Program-made: the position numbers and the translations under genes
The notes under the pieces: generated by a model
Databases searched by the model: none
What the model was told of the DNA's origin: nothing
What the model saw: only the letters and a program-made list of their open reading frames with translations
Part shown: piece after piece, positions 11,910-25,269 of the stretch
Numbering within the stretch: the stretch's first letter is position 1
How the letters are laid out: the number at the start of each line of letters is the position of its first letter
Origin: Chiloscyllium plagiosum
Taxonomy: Eukaryota
DNA length: 64,000 bases
Direction: 5' to 3'
Assembly: GCF_004010195.1 (NCBI RefSeq)
Contig: NC_057718.1
Span: forward strand, 63,843,905-63,907,904

Positions 11910-13289
11910 GTAAGTCATGAGAATAGTACTGACAGCTTAGAGATTGGGATGTGTGAAGCAGAAAACATGCAAGGAAGAAGGATGATATTTAGTGAGAATA
12001 AATGCATGACCTGAAAACAATTTTTAAGCTATATTTTAGACTACTTGTTCAGTCTGCATATCTCATACCTGGATCCCTGCACCCTTCTGTGTGTCTGCTG
12101 TTTCATTTATTACCACAGTAGTTAGAGGAATGTGCTGGTAATCAAGACTCACTTCTCCATGGGTTGCACCAACCAATAAAACGGTTGTCCTTTCAGCATT
12201 GCTGTCTAAAATGAAAGAGACTTCCACAAGGTACCTTTCATATGACTCAGAAATAACATACTTATTATAAAATATACCTCATTTCAAACAAATGACAAAA
12301 CTGGTTAAAACTCTAGAATTAGAGCCATATTCGCATTTGACCCTAACTCACACAATGATATTTCAGAAGAGCAAAAGATAAAAAATGCCCTTAGTGCCCA
12401 ATGATCTTTGAAACAACAGACAAAATTTGATAAATTCTCAGAGTCTACTGGATTTCTTGTTGATAAACTTGAATTGCGAATAGCTGTAGGTTGATGAAAG
12501 CTCCTCCAAACAAGGCTTCAATTTGAAAAGAAATCAAGCCAATTCCAAGAATTTGGGAAGTAATAATAATTTAACTTTTCAGGGTTTGCAAAGTCTCTTA
12601 TAACAAGATTTTCTAGCAATTAGAGACTATAAATCCCATCTCTTATCTTCCCAAAACCTTGGGTTGGCTATTTTTCTGAAATCACTTATCTTTCTGTAAT
12701 CAGCAGATGGTACAGTCAACAATAAACTATTGACCTCAATCCTCGATAACACCCTGTTTAAACCAGGAATGTCCAAACAGTTCGATACCTTTCAGTTTTT
12801 CACATACTGTAGTGCATAAATATAGATATTTTGTCTAACTCAACAGCTTCCTATCTCTTTAGTACCACAACACTGTGCATAAACAACAGCATTGGTGATT
12901 TTGGTTCAAATAGTTCCTGCTAAAGTTGTTCAAATAGCAAACTATTACTCAAGCCTTCTTGTAATATACTTTGTGATTTGCAATGGGTGTTGTTACATCA
13001 GTTCTCTGCTGCCATCTGGATTTCATGTCAAAGCAAATTCTGTTTTCCCAAGAGCCAGCTGGAAAGCTTAGATGCTATACATTTGCATGGAAATGTGCAC
13101 CCTAGATATCAGGCATAGCATGCAGAATAATAATGTTTGTGATCAAATATATCTTTTACATTAAAGGAATGGAAACCCTTTCTGCTCATGTATGAATTAG
13201 GGTTGTGCTGAGGATATTTGGTCGCCATATGGCTGCACTGATGGAATGACAATTGACAGAATTAGATTTGTCCTGTTTTTTTATGACAG

Positions 13290-13341
13290 GACAACCCAGG
13301 ACAACTTTCTAAATGTTCAAAAAAAATCAACAAGTCATTTG
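13290..13341 (+). other. Weak candidate 52-nt exon
   Basis: Acceptor tttgtcctgtttttttatgacAG and donor TTG|GTATGA; two open frames. Confidence 0.2.
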
Positions 13342-14441
13342 GTATGAATTATGTACAAAGTACTGCTAAATTTACACTTTACTGTCATAATATGATTGCG
13401 GAGAAGAACTTTGATATTTGCATGAGATGTAATAAAACATACAAAAATAAGCACACCCTAGCTACGTTCCAAGATCTCAAAAGTCTGACAATTGAGAAGC
13501 TTGGTGTGTGGCTTTGCTATTAATTAATTGGTGCACTCTACTATATAGAAATAGATTTCTATAATGAAATGAACATCATGAATTACAACCTGAATTAGAT
13601 TAAGTGTGTAACAGAATATTCCCAGAACCAGGAATCTATAAATAAATGAATTAATAAATCCACATACTTTTAAGATATTCTCTGTTCATTAAATTTCACC
13701 AAGCAGCCCAACAAAAGAAAGGAAGTAGAAACTGGTCCCATACAATAGGTCAGGATTTACAACAAATCTGTAGGTAGTGCTTGAAGTTAGAGGTGGCACT
13801 TGTTCTTGGTTAGAACCTATGTGTTCTTAATGGGGGAGATGTTGCACCCTAGATATCAAGCTTCTCAACTGTAAGAGTTTTGAGATCTTGGAATGTAGCT
13901 AGGATATGTTTATTTTTGCAGCTACCACATGGCTCTGGCTGACCAGGAGGCTCTCCCACTCTTCCCACCAGGCAGAGACACATCATGAAAGCTCATATAC
14001 TAATAATCAACTTATTTAGTTTTGCTTTGACATTCAGTCTGTGGCCACCATGGCCTCAGGTGGGATCTGAACCTGGAGTTTCTGGCCCACAGGTAAGGTG
14101 TTACATTGTGCCACAAGACCTGTATATTGCAAAGTTAATCCTACAATGTATGCCATTCATAAAAATCAGGAAAACTCCTACATGTAAAATGCAGTCCTAC
14201 CAGCCTAAATCCAAACAACTTTCTGACAGGAGCAGTTAGCAACAGTGTTATAGAGTGGCACTTTTTTAACAATAACTTGCTTACTGACCCTCAGTTTGGG
14301 TTCTGCCCAAATTGCTCAGCCCTAGATCTCATGACAGCCTTGGTTAAATATGGATAAAAGAGCTGAATTCCAGAAGAACTGAAGCCAGCATTTATTAGGG
14401 GCAAAAGCCCCTCGTGACTGGATTCATAACCAAATTGACAG

Positions 14442-14545
14442 AGAGGGCTCTTATGGTGCAGAGGTAGTGTCCCTACCTCTGAGCCAGGAGGCCTGGGCTC
14501 AAGTGCCACCTGCTGGAGAGGTGTGTAATAACATTGCTTTACAGA
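14442..14545 (+). mobile_element. Short tRNA-derived SINE inside a degenerate LINE remnant (~14290-14860)
   Basis: ggtgcagaggtagtgtccctacctctgagccaggaggcctgggctcaagtgcc; related minus-strand copies at ~14035-14125, ~22575-22665 and ~62180-62240. Confidence 0.6.
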
Positions 14546-16809
14546 TGCACTGTTCATTCAAAAACATTCTAACAACCAGAACAGCAGAAAGTTGTTGTGA
14601 TTGTTGGAAGGGAATTGTCTCAGAGCTAGGACATCATCGCTAAATGAGTTCATCAGAACAGCATCCTAGTGCTCAACTTTGTCCTCAGATACTTCATCAA
14701 TAACCTTAGTTCAGTTGCAATCACAATTTCACAATAAGGAAACACTTTCTGTCCATATGCGGAAAGGTCTGGATTTGAGCTTATAGGTTACAGTAACTGT
14801 TGTACCACTTAAGACACAGAAAAAGATCATCTCCAACTACATCTCCCAACATGACATGATCTGCTATAGATACAATAATGGGCTTTTTACCTTCAGAAGG
14901 ATATTTGTACCTTCCCATAACATAAGAACAAGACATTGGTAACATAGCACTGGAGAATTCAATAGACTTTTATTACAGTTCCAAACATCTACATACATTA
15001 GAATCACCAGCATTGCTGTGCCTGGGCTAGCACTGATCAATTTGGTTATAAACTGTAGCATGTGTACCCGAGCATGCCATGCTGCAAGTGGCCCCAGTAA
15101 GATGAAGTCTGAAACCTTTAAACCATCAGGTCAGATGCCATGATTCATTGACAATATCAAGCACATGTCTGTTAAAGGCATATTCGCTGTGAGACATAAT
15201 GCAACATTTCCCTTTTCTCCAAGAAAATAAAAAAATTCCAAACAGCTACACAGCACTGTGCATAGGCATATGTTGTTAGATCAATAAACATGCAAGCAGG
15301 AGTTAAGATTAGCAACTCAATCTTTGCCTTTTTGGAGCATTGACAACTCATTTTGATTTGGTGATTGTATACCCATCTGGGAAGGTTTGTGTAAATCACA
15401 GTTACTGTTGGCAGACAACTTGGTTTCCTCCTGCTGGTCAATGTCAGTCAGCACTATTGCACAAACTTGACAGAATATTCTTCCTCACCATTGGCACTCA
15501 TGATTGGTGTGTAATAGCATGAGCTGGCCCTGTTCCTTCACAATATAACGCCATGATCAATAATGACTTGAACAAACTGGGATAAATTGCATACTTTAGA
15601 AAGTCTTGCTGGTATCAAGGTATTTATGACTGGATTTCTGATTTGCTCTCTCAGTTCAATGCATTGCTGTGATAGCTCTCTACCTACTCACTGGTCATGT
15701 GACTCCTTCATTCTCCTCTGCCTTTGAAGAAGAACATGCTGTGTCTTGAAATAGTGAAACAAATTGGTTATTATGCCAAGTTTTTCATCTTCCAAGTATA
15801 GTTAGTGGTCCCTACTTTAGAATGTGCATGCTGTGCTTCCTTGGACAATCAATAATTGGAGTTGCATTGTCTTGAAATGGAATATTTCATGACCCTTAAA
15901 ATTTCTGATTATCTCAAAGCAGTCTAGGTGTGGCAGCTTGATTGATTCAATTCAATCATGCCTGGTTTGTTTTAACATAGTGGGTGTGGCTTGGATCTCA
16001 GAAATGGTAACAATACTGCGATCACACCAGTAGTCTAGTCACTTCTGGACTGTCAATGTCTACTAGGTAGAAGACTTCAAGAATGCAAGCTGACCTTGTG
16101 TATTGGGCACTGTAGTGTGATTGGGTCATTGCATGTAATTGGCGACTGTTAAATGCTCTAAGATGGCTGTACAATGGAGCAACATGTTCTAGGATATTTG
16201 TCTGCACTAGTTCCCATGTTGATTTTAGCTTTCAGGGTATGTCGACCTACCTTTAAGGAGGACATAATGGCTCAGTGGTTAGCACTGCTTCCTCACAGTG
16301 CCAGGGACCCAAGTTTTGATGGAATACTCTTTGGTAGCTCGGTGCAGACTTGATGGGCCAAATGGCCTCTTTCTGCACTGTAAGGATTCTATGATTTCTG
16401 ATGTTACTGGTCATTTAAAGCCTCTGATTGCCTTCCACCATCACCATGGCATATGAGGTTGGCAATATGAAAACCTTGGTTGTTGCCTGAAATTTTCTTT
16501 CCATTTTGTTGGCTCTGCACATCAAAGTTTTTGCAGTTGTACATGTTTTGAAGATTATCCTTACTGCCAGGGTGGTTGTGTTGTGCTGGGATGAAATGGA
16601 AGAAGAATAGACTTATGTCTGGAACAGTAGCCAAAATGAATGCAGGAAGAGAAACTGAGAAAGTTCAGGATATTTAAATGTGGCATAGATGGAAAATGAC
16701 ACGACAATAAAGAGGATGTATCTCTTTATTTGGATTTGTTGATAATCTGTACAATCAGACAGCATTAGACGTCTTCTGTCAGTTGACACAGTGGTTGTGA
16801 TGTGGGTTC

Positions 16810-17075
16810 AAAGCCACCCTGAGGAACTGCAACATTCTGCACCGACTTGTAGGAATCACTGCTCAAAACCATCTAAATTGGACAGGCAGTATCCATGGAG
16901 GTATCGCACATGGAGGCCAAGTGCAAACAGCGGAAGAAGCATGCCCAAGCATCTCACCCACTCACCTTTTCAAATCTGACTTGCCCCTCCCTGTGGCAGG
17001 GTGTGTGGTTCCAAGATCGAACTGTTCAGTCACCTGAGGAGCCACAACTCTGAGGTTAAGGGACTTATCCACAAA
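16810..17075 (+). mobile_element. RTE-clade LINE 3' end remnant
   Basis: Terminal C2H2-like remnant C..CGRVCGSKIELFSHLRSH (with a frameshift), typical of RTE ORF C-termini. Confidence 0.6.
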
Positions 17076-17556
17076 CAGCTCTCCAGAAATGTGTGTAAAT
17101 GGCTTCAATCTTTGAATAAAGAACTCAGAATATGGTTAACCATATTGTAACTGGGGAGTTTGCATTTAAAGGAAATGCAACACCATTGTAAACACAGGAC
17201 ACACCCACCCCTCCAGGTGCTTCATGTCAGCACACACAGTCCCCCATTTTACAATATAATGTTACAATGCCAGCTGTCATTCATAGCTACAAAATTTAAA
17301 GAGATCAACATTCTTATCAAAACTAAACCCTTTTAAGGCTTATAAAGCAATAAAAAGTTCATATTTTAAGTTTTTCTGATCCTTGGGATGGGTTGCTGAA
17401 TAAAGGGTGTGTCTGTATGTACTTCAATAGTCATCCATGAAGATGGAGAATTGGCCAGGGGTGTCGAAGACTGGTTGGTATCTTTGGGATTGCATGTCAG
17501 TGAGAAGTCAACACTGATGGAAAAGAATGGAAACTGGAAGATAGGTTAACAAAATA

Positions 17557-17845
17557 TGGCACAGTGCCTCACAGCACCAGAGACCCAGGTTTGATTCCAG
17601 CCTCAGGTGATTGTCAGTGGAGAATTTGCACATTCTCCCCATGTCTGCGTGTGTTTCCTCCTACAGTCCAAAGGTGTGCAGGTTAGGTGGATTGGCCATG
17701 CTAAATTGTTCATCATATGCAGGCTAGGTGGATTAGCCATAGGAAATACAAGTTACAGGGATAATGAGGGGGTGGATCTGGATGGATGCCTTTGGAGGGT
17801 TGGTGTGGGCTGAATGGCCTGCTTCCACATTGTTGGATTGTAGGA
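17557..17845 (+). mobile_element. HE1-type SINE
   Basis: gcctcacagcaccagagacccaggtttgattcc...tttgcacattctcccc...cagtccaaaggtgtgcaggttaggtggattggccatgctaaattg. Confidence 0.85.
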
Positions 17846-18804
17846 AAACAAAAAAATGATGTGTCTGATCAGAAATCTGAGCAACATTAAAAGACTGATG
17901 ACAGGCATGTCTCTGGGTCTTATTGACTTCAGAACTGTGAACATGGGCTCCCTCTTCATTTTTGGAAATGTTTCCAGCCATTGCAAAATTTAAGAGAACA
18001 GCCAATATAATTGTTGTGAAGCCAACATTAAAGTCCCATGAGAGAATGAAATAGTTTCCTGTGACACCTCAGCAGTTGAACAGGTGGTTGATACTCATGA
18101 CAAATGTCTGCTTATGCTGAGGACATCGAATGCCTTGAGAAACTGATGCTGATAAAGCTTTCAGGACCTTGGATTGGTTTTCTACATGATCAAAAAATGA
18201 AGTAACTTTATATCAGATGGAAATTTTATTTTGTATCGACTTACAGCGGTTTAATCCGACTGCTAAACTGTGCTATTGCATGCAAAGTCATTATTCAGTA
18301 GAGATCTTTGTAACTAATGAATAACATTGTACCTGTACTGATAAAGTGTGCAGTCAGCTTGTCCTAGCTTGCAGCAGGAAGACACTTAGCCAGCTGAACT
18401 GATGTTGTGCAGTGTCCTCTACTGGTCAAATGCAGGCATACTTTGCAAATAAGAATATATTCTCTGTCTTTCACTCTCTCCATATAATGTCCTCAATTTC
18501 TGATAGTTACTAATCAAGGCCCAATGATACCATGAGATTTTAACGGGGCAACTAGAAGTAGAAGGCCTTGGAAAATATGTCTGCCAATAAGGGCTCTGAA
18601 TTGGCTTCCTTGCTGCCATTAAGCACCACGCTCTAACCAACTAAATATGGATTACAGCTGCTAACTCAACATGCATTTTCATTACTTAAATCATATTTTA
18701 TATCTTGAAAAAACAATGTAATTTCGTATAGCTATATTTGAATTCTGTTCTTTACAAATATCAATTCTCAGAAAATTTGATGCAGTTTTGAATTAAAGTG
18801 AGAA

Positions 18805-19327
18805 ACATAGAAAAAAAGAAGATAAGAGCAGGAGTAGGCCATTCATTACGATCATGGCTGATCATTAAGTTCAATACCTAATCCCATCCTCTCCCTATAT
18901 CATTTTAGCCACAGCAGCCATATCTACCTCCCTCTTGAAAACACAATGTTTTGGCCTCAACCGCTTCCTGTGGTAGCAAATTCCATAGGCTCACCACTCT
19001 CTGGGTGAAGAAATTTCTCCTCGTCTTAGTCCTAAAAGGTTTACTCCTTATCCTTAAATTATGGCCCCTGGTTATGGACCTCCCCACAGTCAGGACATGT
19101 GTCCTGTGTCAAACCATCCTAGTCCTGTTAGAATTTTATAAATATTCCCCACCCTCCCCATTCTTCTAAACTCCAGTGAATACAATCCTAACTGATTCAA
19201 TCTCTCCCCATATATCAGTCCTGCCAGCTCAGGTATCAATATGGTAAACATTTGTTGCACTTTCTCTCTTCCAAGAACATCCTTCCTCAGGAAAGGGGAC
19301 AAAAACTGCACACAGTATTCCAGGTGT
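18805..19327 (-). mobile_element. CR1 LINE 3' end
   Basis: LEYCVQFLSP, GHNLRIRSKPFRTKTRRNFFTQRVVSLWN. Confidence 0.88.
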
Positions 19328-19739
19328 ATTAAAGTGAGCAGTAGCTCTTTCAACAGTTCTGTGTGCGGAACTGCATACGGGAAACTTTAGTGCAGGATCA
19401 TTTATTGAAAATTCTCATATTTTCATTAAAATGAACATGCCTTCTCAAGTTCCTTGTATGCATTCCAAAAGCATAAATCTTTGCGAGAATAGCTGAAAGC
19501 AAAATGTGTGTTAGTGTAGAGTTGAGTCTGTTTCTATCTGTTGGTTTCATAAAGTTTCTATCTGTTGGTTTCATACTCTGCAACATCTATATTTCACAGT
19601 TCTAACTGATAACAATGCAGCCTAATAGTTGTGATAATCTGACTAACAATTTTAGTGTTAACATCAATATGAGTGTAGAACATCTTTTAAACGTACTGAA
19701 AGACTGTACAAGGTTTAAAGCAAACAAATATAGTTTTTG

Positions 19740-20003
19740 GCAAGGTGGCTCAGTGGTTAGTCCTGCTGCCTCACAGTGCCAGGGACTTGGGTTTGACTCC
19801 ATCCTTGGGTGATTGTCAGTGTGGAGTTTGCACATTCTCCTTGCCTCCAGATGCTCCAGTTTCCTCCCACAGTCCAAAGATGTGCAGGCTAGGCATATTA
19901 GCCATGGGAGATGCAAGGTTACATGGATAGGGTAGGGAGGTGGGATGCTTTTGGAAGGTTGGCATGGGCTGAATGGCCAGCTTCCACACTGTAGGGATTC
20001 TCT
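19740..20003 (+). mobile_element. HE1-type SINE
   Basis: GGTGGCTCAGTGGTTAG A-box head, conserved core, and tail cttccacactgtagggattct. Confidence 0.88.
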
Positions 20004-20019
20004 GACTCCATGAATTCAG

Positions 20020-20365
20020 TCTTCAGATGTGGGTGTCACTGGCAAGGCAATAAGTATAGCCTGTTCCTAATTGACCTTGAGAAGATGGATGGTGAGCAAC
20101 TTCCTAAAATACAGCAGTCCATGTGAAGTAAGTACACCCACAGAACTGTTAGGAAGGAAATGATTTATTTTTGTCTTCTGTATAAATGATATACAGATGA
20201 ATTGGCATCGATCTTTTTGGACAAAAGGCACCCAGCAGGGCATTGTGCATCCACACATGCCTTCCAAAAACTCTTTCATTGTTATGTTAGTTCAGTTCAA
20301 GTTGTTGTTCTTGTTGAAGAAGCCTTGGTGAATTGCTGTATCTTGTAGATGGTACACACTATGGC
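20020..20365 (-). mobile_element. LINE 3' end (same family as 46860-47120)
   Basis: Reverse complement contains cttctcaagg.caattagg...gccag.gacacccacatc. Confidence 0.55.
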
Positions 20366-20379
20366 TTTAAAGAGCCATG

Positions 20380-21100
20380 GAAAGATAGAAATGCTTACAG
20401 CAGAGAAAGAAGGCAACCAGCTGTATTGCCCACATTGGCTGAGGTAACTTTATCCAGCTGAGTCATACCACTCGAGGTTGGCTCTATAACCCTGTTGGTT
20501 ATGGCACCTCAAATGCGTATTCAAATGTTTTTCAAATGCAATGAAGGATTCCCTCCTCTCAAAATGTTTGAGGCAATGAACTACAAACCCCACCATATTC
20601 TGGATGAAAATTGTTCTCAATTCACCTCTAATCTTCAACCAAGTTACTTTTAATGCATTATTCCTAGTTACTGACTTTACTGCTAAGGGAAATAACTCAA
20701 TTTTATCCACTCTACCTAGGCCCTTCATAGTTTTATACACCTCAACTATTTCTGCTCTCAGCCTCCTCTGTTTCAAGAAAAATAATACCAGCCTATCTAA
20801 TTTTATTCCATAGCAAAAATGCCTTTCAACCTCCTCATAAGTCTTCTCTGAACTTTTGCTAGTATCATCACATCCTTCCTGTAATGTAGTGACCAGAATT
20901 ATGGGCAAACTCTAGTTGCAGTCTAACTAGTGTTTTTCTATCATAACCATCCAGCTTATACTCTACGCCATAGCCAGTACAGGAACATATATTCAATGTA
21001 TTTTTGACCATCTTATGCACCTGTCCTGATACAATCAGGACATTGTAGAGATGCACTCCTTGTTCCTCTGTTCCTCTATCCGATTTATTGCGCAATTATT
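20380..21100 (-). mobile_element. Degenerate CR1 3' region
   Basis: LFFLKQRRLRAEIVEVYKTMKGLGRVD; TLVRLQLE. Confidence 0.8.
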
Positions 21101-23020
21101 TCACTTATTTGTCTACTTAGATCCATGGACATGGGATGTGTGCAATCGGTGCCTATGTGGCATACTCTGACATGTTGGTTCCAGGTGTCCAGGATGGAGG
21201 TTTGGAAGAACAAGTGGCGAGAATTGCATAGGTGCCCTCTCTGACTTTCATACCAGGAATTCACACCATCTAGTGTCTATCAGGCATAAGATAGAACAGG
21301 AGCCTGCATATTAATGATGCAAGTTTAAATAATAAGAGTCATAATTAGTGATAATCAATGCTAACAGGCCTCTCACTGCTCTTAACGAGAACCTCATCTT
21401 GATGTCCAAAATTTGATTCAAAAATAGGACATTTTGGTCTCAATGTTGGGAAGATCCTGGCTGGACATCTCACTCGAGTTTAAAAAATTTCTTGCATGGC
21501 TCACATTGTTGAAAGATCAGGAAGATTCCACCTATTGGAAAATACATCAAATATACTACCCTTGTGGATCTTCCTTCTTATCTCCTCAAAAAATCAAATT
21601 AGTCAGAAATGGCTTCCTTAACAAATCTGTGCTAATAATTCCTGATTAATCCATGCAGAATTCAGAATCTTTTTCCAATATTTTGTGCACCATCTATTTT
21701 AAGTCGACTGGCCTGTAATTATTTGGTTATCCCTTTCTTCTTTTTTCAACAATGCAACAACATTGGTAGTCCTCCAGTCTTTCAGCACCATGCCTGTAGC
21801 CAGACTGAGAAATGATGGGCAAAGCCTTCGCTATTTAATCCCTTGCTACCCTTAGTAGCCTGGAAAATATTGCATTTATTCACTTTCAAGGAAGTGAAAC
21901 ACCTTACGATATCCGACCTCACAATTTTAAAGTAACTAATACTACATATTCCTCCTCCTCAACTCCAATACCTGAGTCATCTTGCTCTTTTCTGAAAATA
22001 GATACAAAGTATTAATCACAAAGCAAGCCACGCCTTGTGGTTCCCCACACAAGTTACTTTTGTTTTTGTTTCTGATTGACCTTACTATTTCCTCAGATAA
22101 CCTCTAGCTCCTTAAATATTGATGAAGCATCATTGGGTTTTTCTTGATTTTACTTGCTTCCTTAATTTCCTTTCTCATTTCCATATAATTTTCTGTAGTA
22201 TCTGACAGATGCTTCCTTTGTTGCTTCCTTGCACTCTGTGCATTCTTTGGCATCAAAGGGGATTTAAAACTCGTGTACGGTGTGGATGTTTGAGAGTGAA
22301 AGAGATGAATGTGAATGTGTGTCAATCAATCCAACTGTAAGTTTGAGCTGCACTCATCCAGACAATATAAAGTGCCTCATTACATGCCTAGATTGTGTCT
22401 TGTGATGATGATGAAAAAGTGTTTATGGGTCAAGTGATGTGAATACTAATCCTTGGCCTTCTGTTGCAGCCACATCGATGTGATGGCGCCAATGGAGCTC
22501 ACGTAAACACCTAGGTCATCATGAAAGCTGAATTTTTTTTAGTTTAACCTACTTTTCCTAATCAACTTGTTTGGAGTTGTTATTACACACCCTGGAAGAG
22601 GTAGGACTTGAACCCAGGCCTCCTGATCCAGGGGTAGGGACAGTACTACTGCACCACAAGATGGCAACAATATTGAAGGTCAAAGAGATGTACTTAGACT
22701 CTCTGTCAGGGCAAAGATTTATTTCCTGTCATTTCTGAGGCATGAATGTTGTCTCACACTTACCAATCTAAGTATGGATGTTTAATGTTTAGGATGTTTT
22801 TCTATAAATTGTTAACATTAAAAATGGTTATCAAATTCTTGGATTGCGGACAAATGCTGAAAAACAAGCGGAGTGCCCACTGCCCTATGGGCTCTTAAGC
22901 CAGTCAGAGTTTTATTTGTTTAATGCTAAAATGTAACCCCTGATACAAGTAGAAATTGCTTTTGAGGGGCGGAATCTTGTTGAGATGTCAGTGGTGAGAG
23001 ACTTCTCTTGGAGACTTCTC

Positions 23021-24821
23021 TGTTATGACACGGGATAAACCCTCCTATTTTATTTAAAACCAGCAACACAGAAAATATTTATCCTGTGCAGTAACTTGTA
23101 AAAATTGGAGTGGTCAAGGACTTTTTAAAGTTAAAATTAACAACTTTTTTCTTAAAGTATACCAGAGAATAATTAACTAACAACTATGTACAAGTCCTTA
23201 CTCTCACCTATCTTTACCTTCCCTTCTATAATACCAGTTGAATAAAACTCCCAATTAAGATTTACAAAACAACGCATCTTATCTCAAAACCAGGCAGCTT
23301 TTGATTCATCTATATGGATCTTCCTGTGTCTTCTTTTCTTCTTCTGAGAATTTTTTGTGTCACAGGTTACTGATCAAAAAGGTATCTTTAAGAGAGCTAT
23401 ACCCCCCCTCCCCCCTCCCCCACCACCCAAAGCATCGGATTGTAGTATTGGCTTTTAAGATCGTCAATATACTGGATTGGAGTTTGGTATTTTTCGGGGT
23501 TTAATTTAAATTGAGTGGCCAAATTCGAATATGTTTTTGTCTCCAGGCAGCAAGCTAATTGAGTTGTTCGACCGAGTGTTACATTGTTATCTTATTGAGA
23601 ACACTTGGTGCTCTGTCCGGTAGTTCTGCTGCTTTTAACTCTGTTAAAGTACACCCACATAGAACACAGAACATAGAACAATACAGCACAGAACAGGCCC
23701 TTCGGCTCATGATGTTGTGCCGAACATTTGTCCAAGCTTAAGCACCCATCCATGTACCTATCCAATTGCCGCTTAAAGGTCACCAATGATTCTGACTCTG
23801 CCACTCCCACAGGCAGCGCATTCCATGCCCCCACCACTCTCTGGGTAAAGAACCCACCCCTGACATCTCCCCTATACCTTCCACCCTTCACCTGAAATTT
23901 ATGTCTCCTTGTAACACTGTTGTACCCGGGGAAAAAGTCTCTGACTGTCTACTCTATCTATTCCCCTGATCATCTTATACACCTCTATCAAGTCACCCCT
24001 CATCCTTCACTGTTCCAATGAGAAAAGGCCTAGCACTCTCAACCTATCCTCGTACGACCTATTCTCCATTCCAGGCAACATCCTGGTAAATCTTCTCTGC
24101 ACCCTCCGCAAAGCTTCCACATCTTTCCTATAGTGAGGCGACCAGAACTGCACACAGTACTCCAACTGTGGCCTAACCAAAGTCCTGTACAGCTGCAACA
24201 TCACTTCACGACTCTTGAATTCAATCCCTCTGCTAATGAACGATAATACTCCATAGGCCTTCTTACAAACTCTATCCACCTGAGTGGCAACCTTCAAAGA
24301 TCTATGTACATAGACCCCAAGATCCCTCTGTTCCTCCAACTGACTAAGAACCCTACCATTAACCCTGTATTCCGCATACTTATTTGTTCTTCCAAAATGG
24401 ACAACCTCACACTTGGCAGGGTTGAACTCCATCTGCCACTCCTCAGCCCAGCTCTGCATCATATCTAAGTCCCTCTGCAGCCGACAACAGCCCTCCTCAC
24501 TGTCCACAACTCCACCTATCTTCGTATCATCTGCAAATTTACCGACCCACCCTTCGACCCCCTCATCTAAGTCATTAATAAAAATTACAAACAGCAGAGG
24601 ACCCAGAACTGATCCCTGCGGAACTCCACTTGTAACTGGGCTCCAGGCTGAATATTTACCATCTACCACCACTCTCTGACTTCGACCGGTTAGCCAGTTA
24701 TCTATCCAACTGGCCAAATTTCCCTCTATCCCATGCCTCCTGACTTTCCACATAAGCCTACCATGGGGAACCTTATCAAATGCCTTACTAAAATGTACAC
24801 TACATCCACATGTTCATATCA
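23021..24821. mobile_element. Solo-LTR-like element (~650 bp) split near one end by a CR1 insertion
   Basis: Termini TGTTATGA...TCATATCA (near-perfect inverted ends, TG..CA); no matching TSD found. Confidence 0.5.
23661..24805 (-). mobile_element. Young 5'-truncated CR1 (HER1-like) LINE with an uninterrupted 248-aa RT segment (24007-24753)
   Basis: [42 protein letters not shown]; simple-repeat tail; possible TSD ccacat at 23655-23660 and 24806-24811. Confidence 0.95.
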
Positions 24822-25269
24822 AGACCGAAAAAGTAAGTGAGTTTTGGAAGGGATATCTAGGGTTGGGACTTGTGTGGAGAGGGGCCGGGTGGAGATGGTG
24901 TTGTTGGCACCCTTATGTCTAGTACATTGATCAGGCATTTATTGGGTTTGATTCAGCTTGTCAACTCTCTTCCGTTGAAAGCTGGCTGAACAAGTGGACC
25001 AAATGCTGTCTGACAGGCTTTCCAGCAGCTGGGTTAATCCCAATAACAGCAGAAGGACTTAATTGGCCATTTAGGGGCTTCAATTGGCAATTGGGGCAGG
25101 GTAAGAGGTCAACAATGGACCCTTCCACCCTGGATTTACTTCTGGTGGAAATTAGAAGGTGGTAACATTTATGTTCAGCACGCTCCACCTATTTAGAAGC
25201 CTTTCCTATCTCTAAGCTTGTGACTGCATATGAATCTGGGAAAAATTACTGATGCTTTTTAGAATTGTC

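Noticed and set aside
14442..14545. tRNA gene
   Set aside because: SINE head with no convincing complete cloverleaf and several dispersed degenerate copies
24007..24753. 248-aa ORF as a cellular gene or novel RT system
   Set aside because: Ordinary CR1 RT fragment within a 5'-truncated copy with a normal 3' tail
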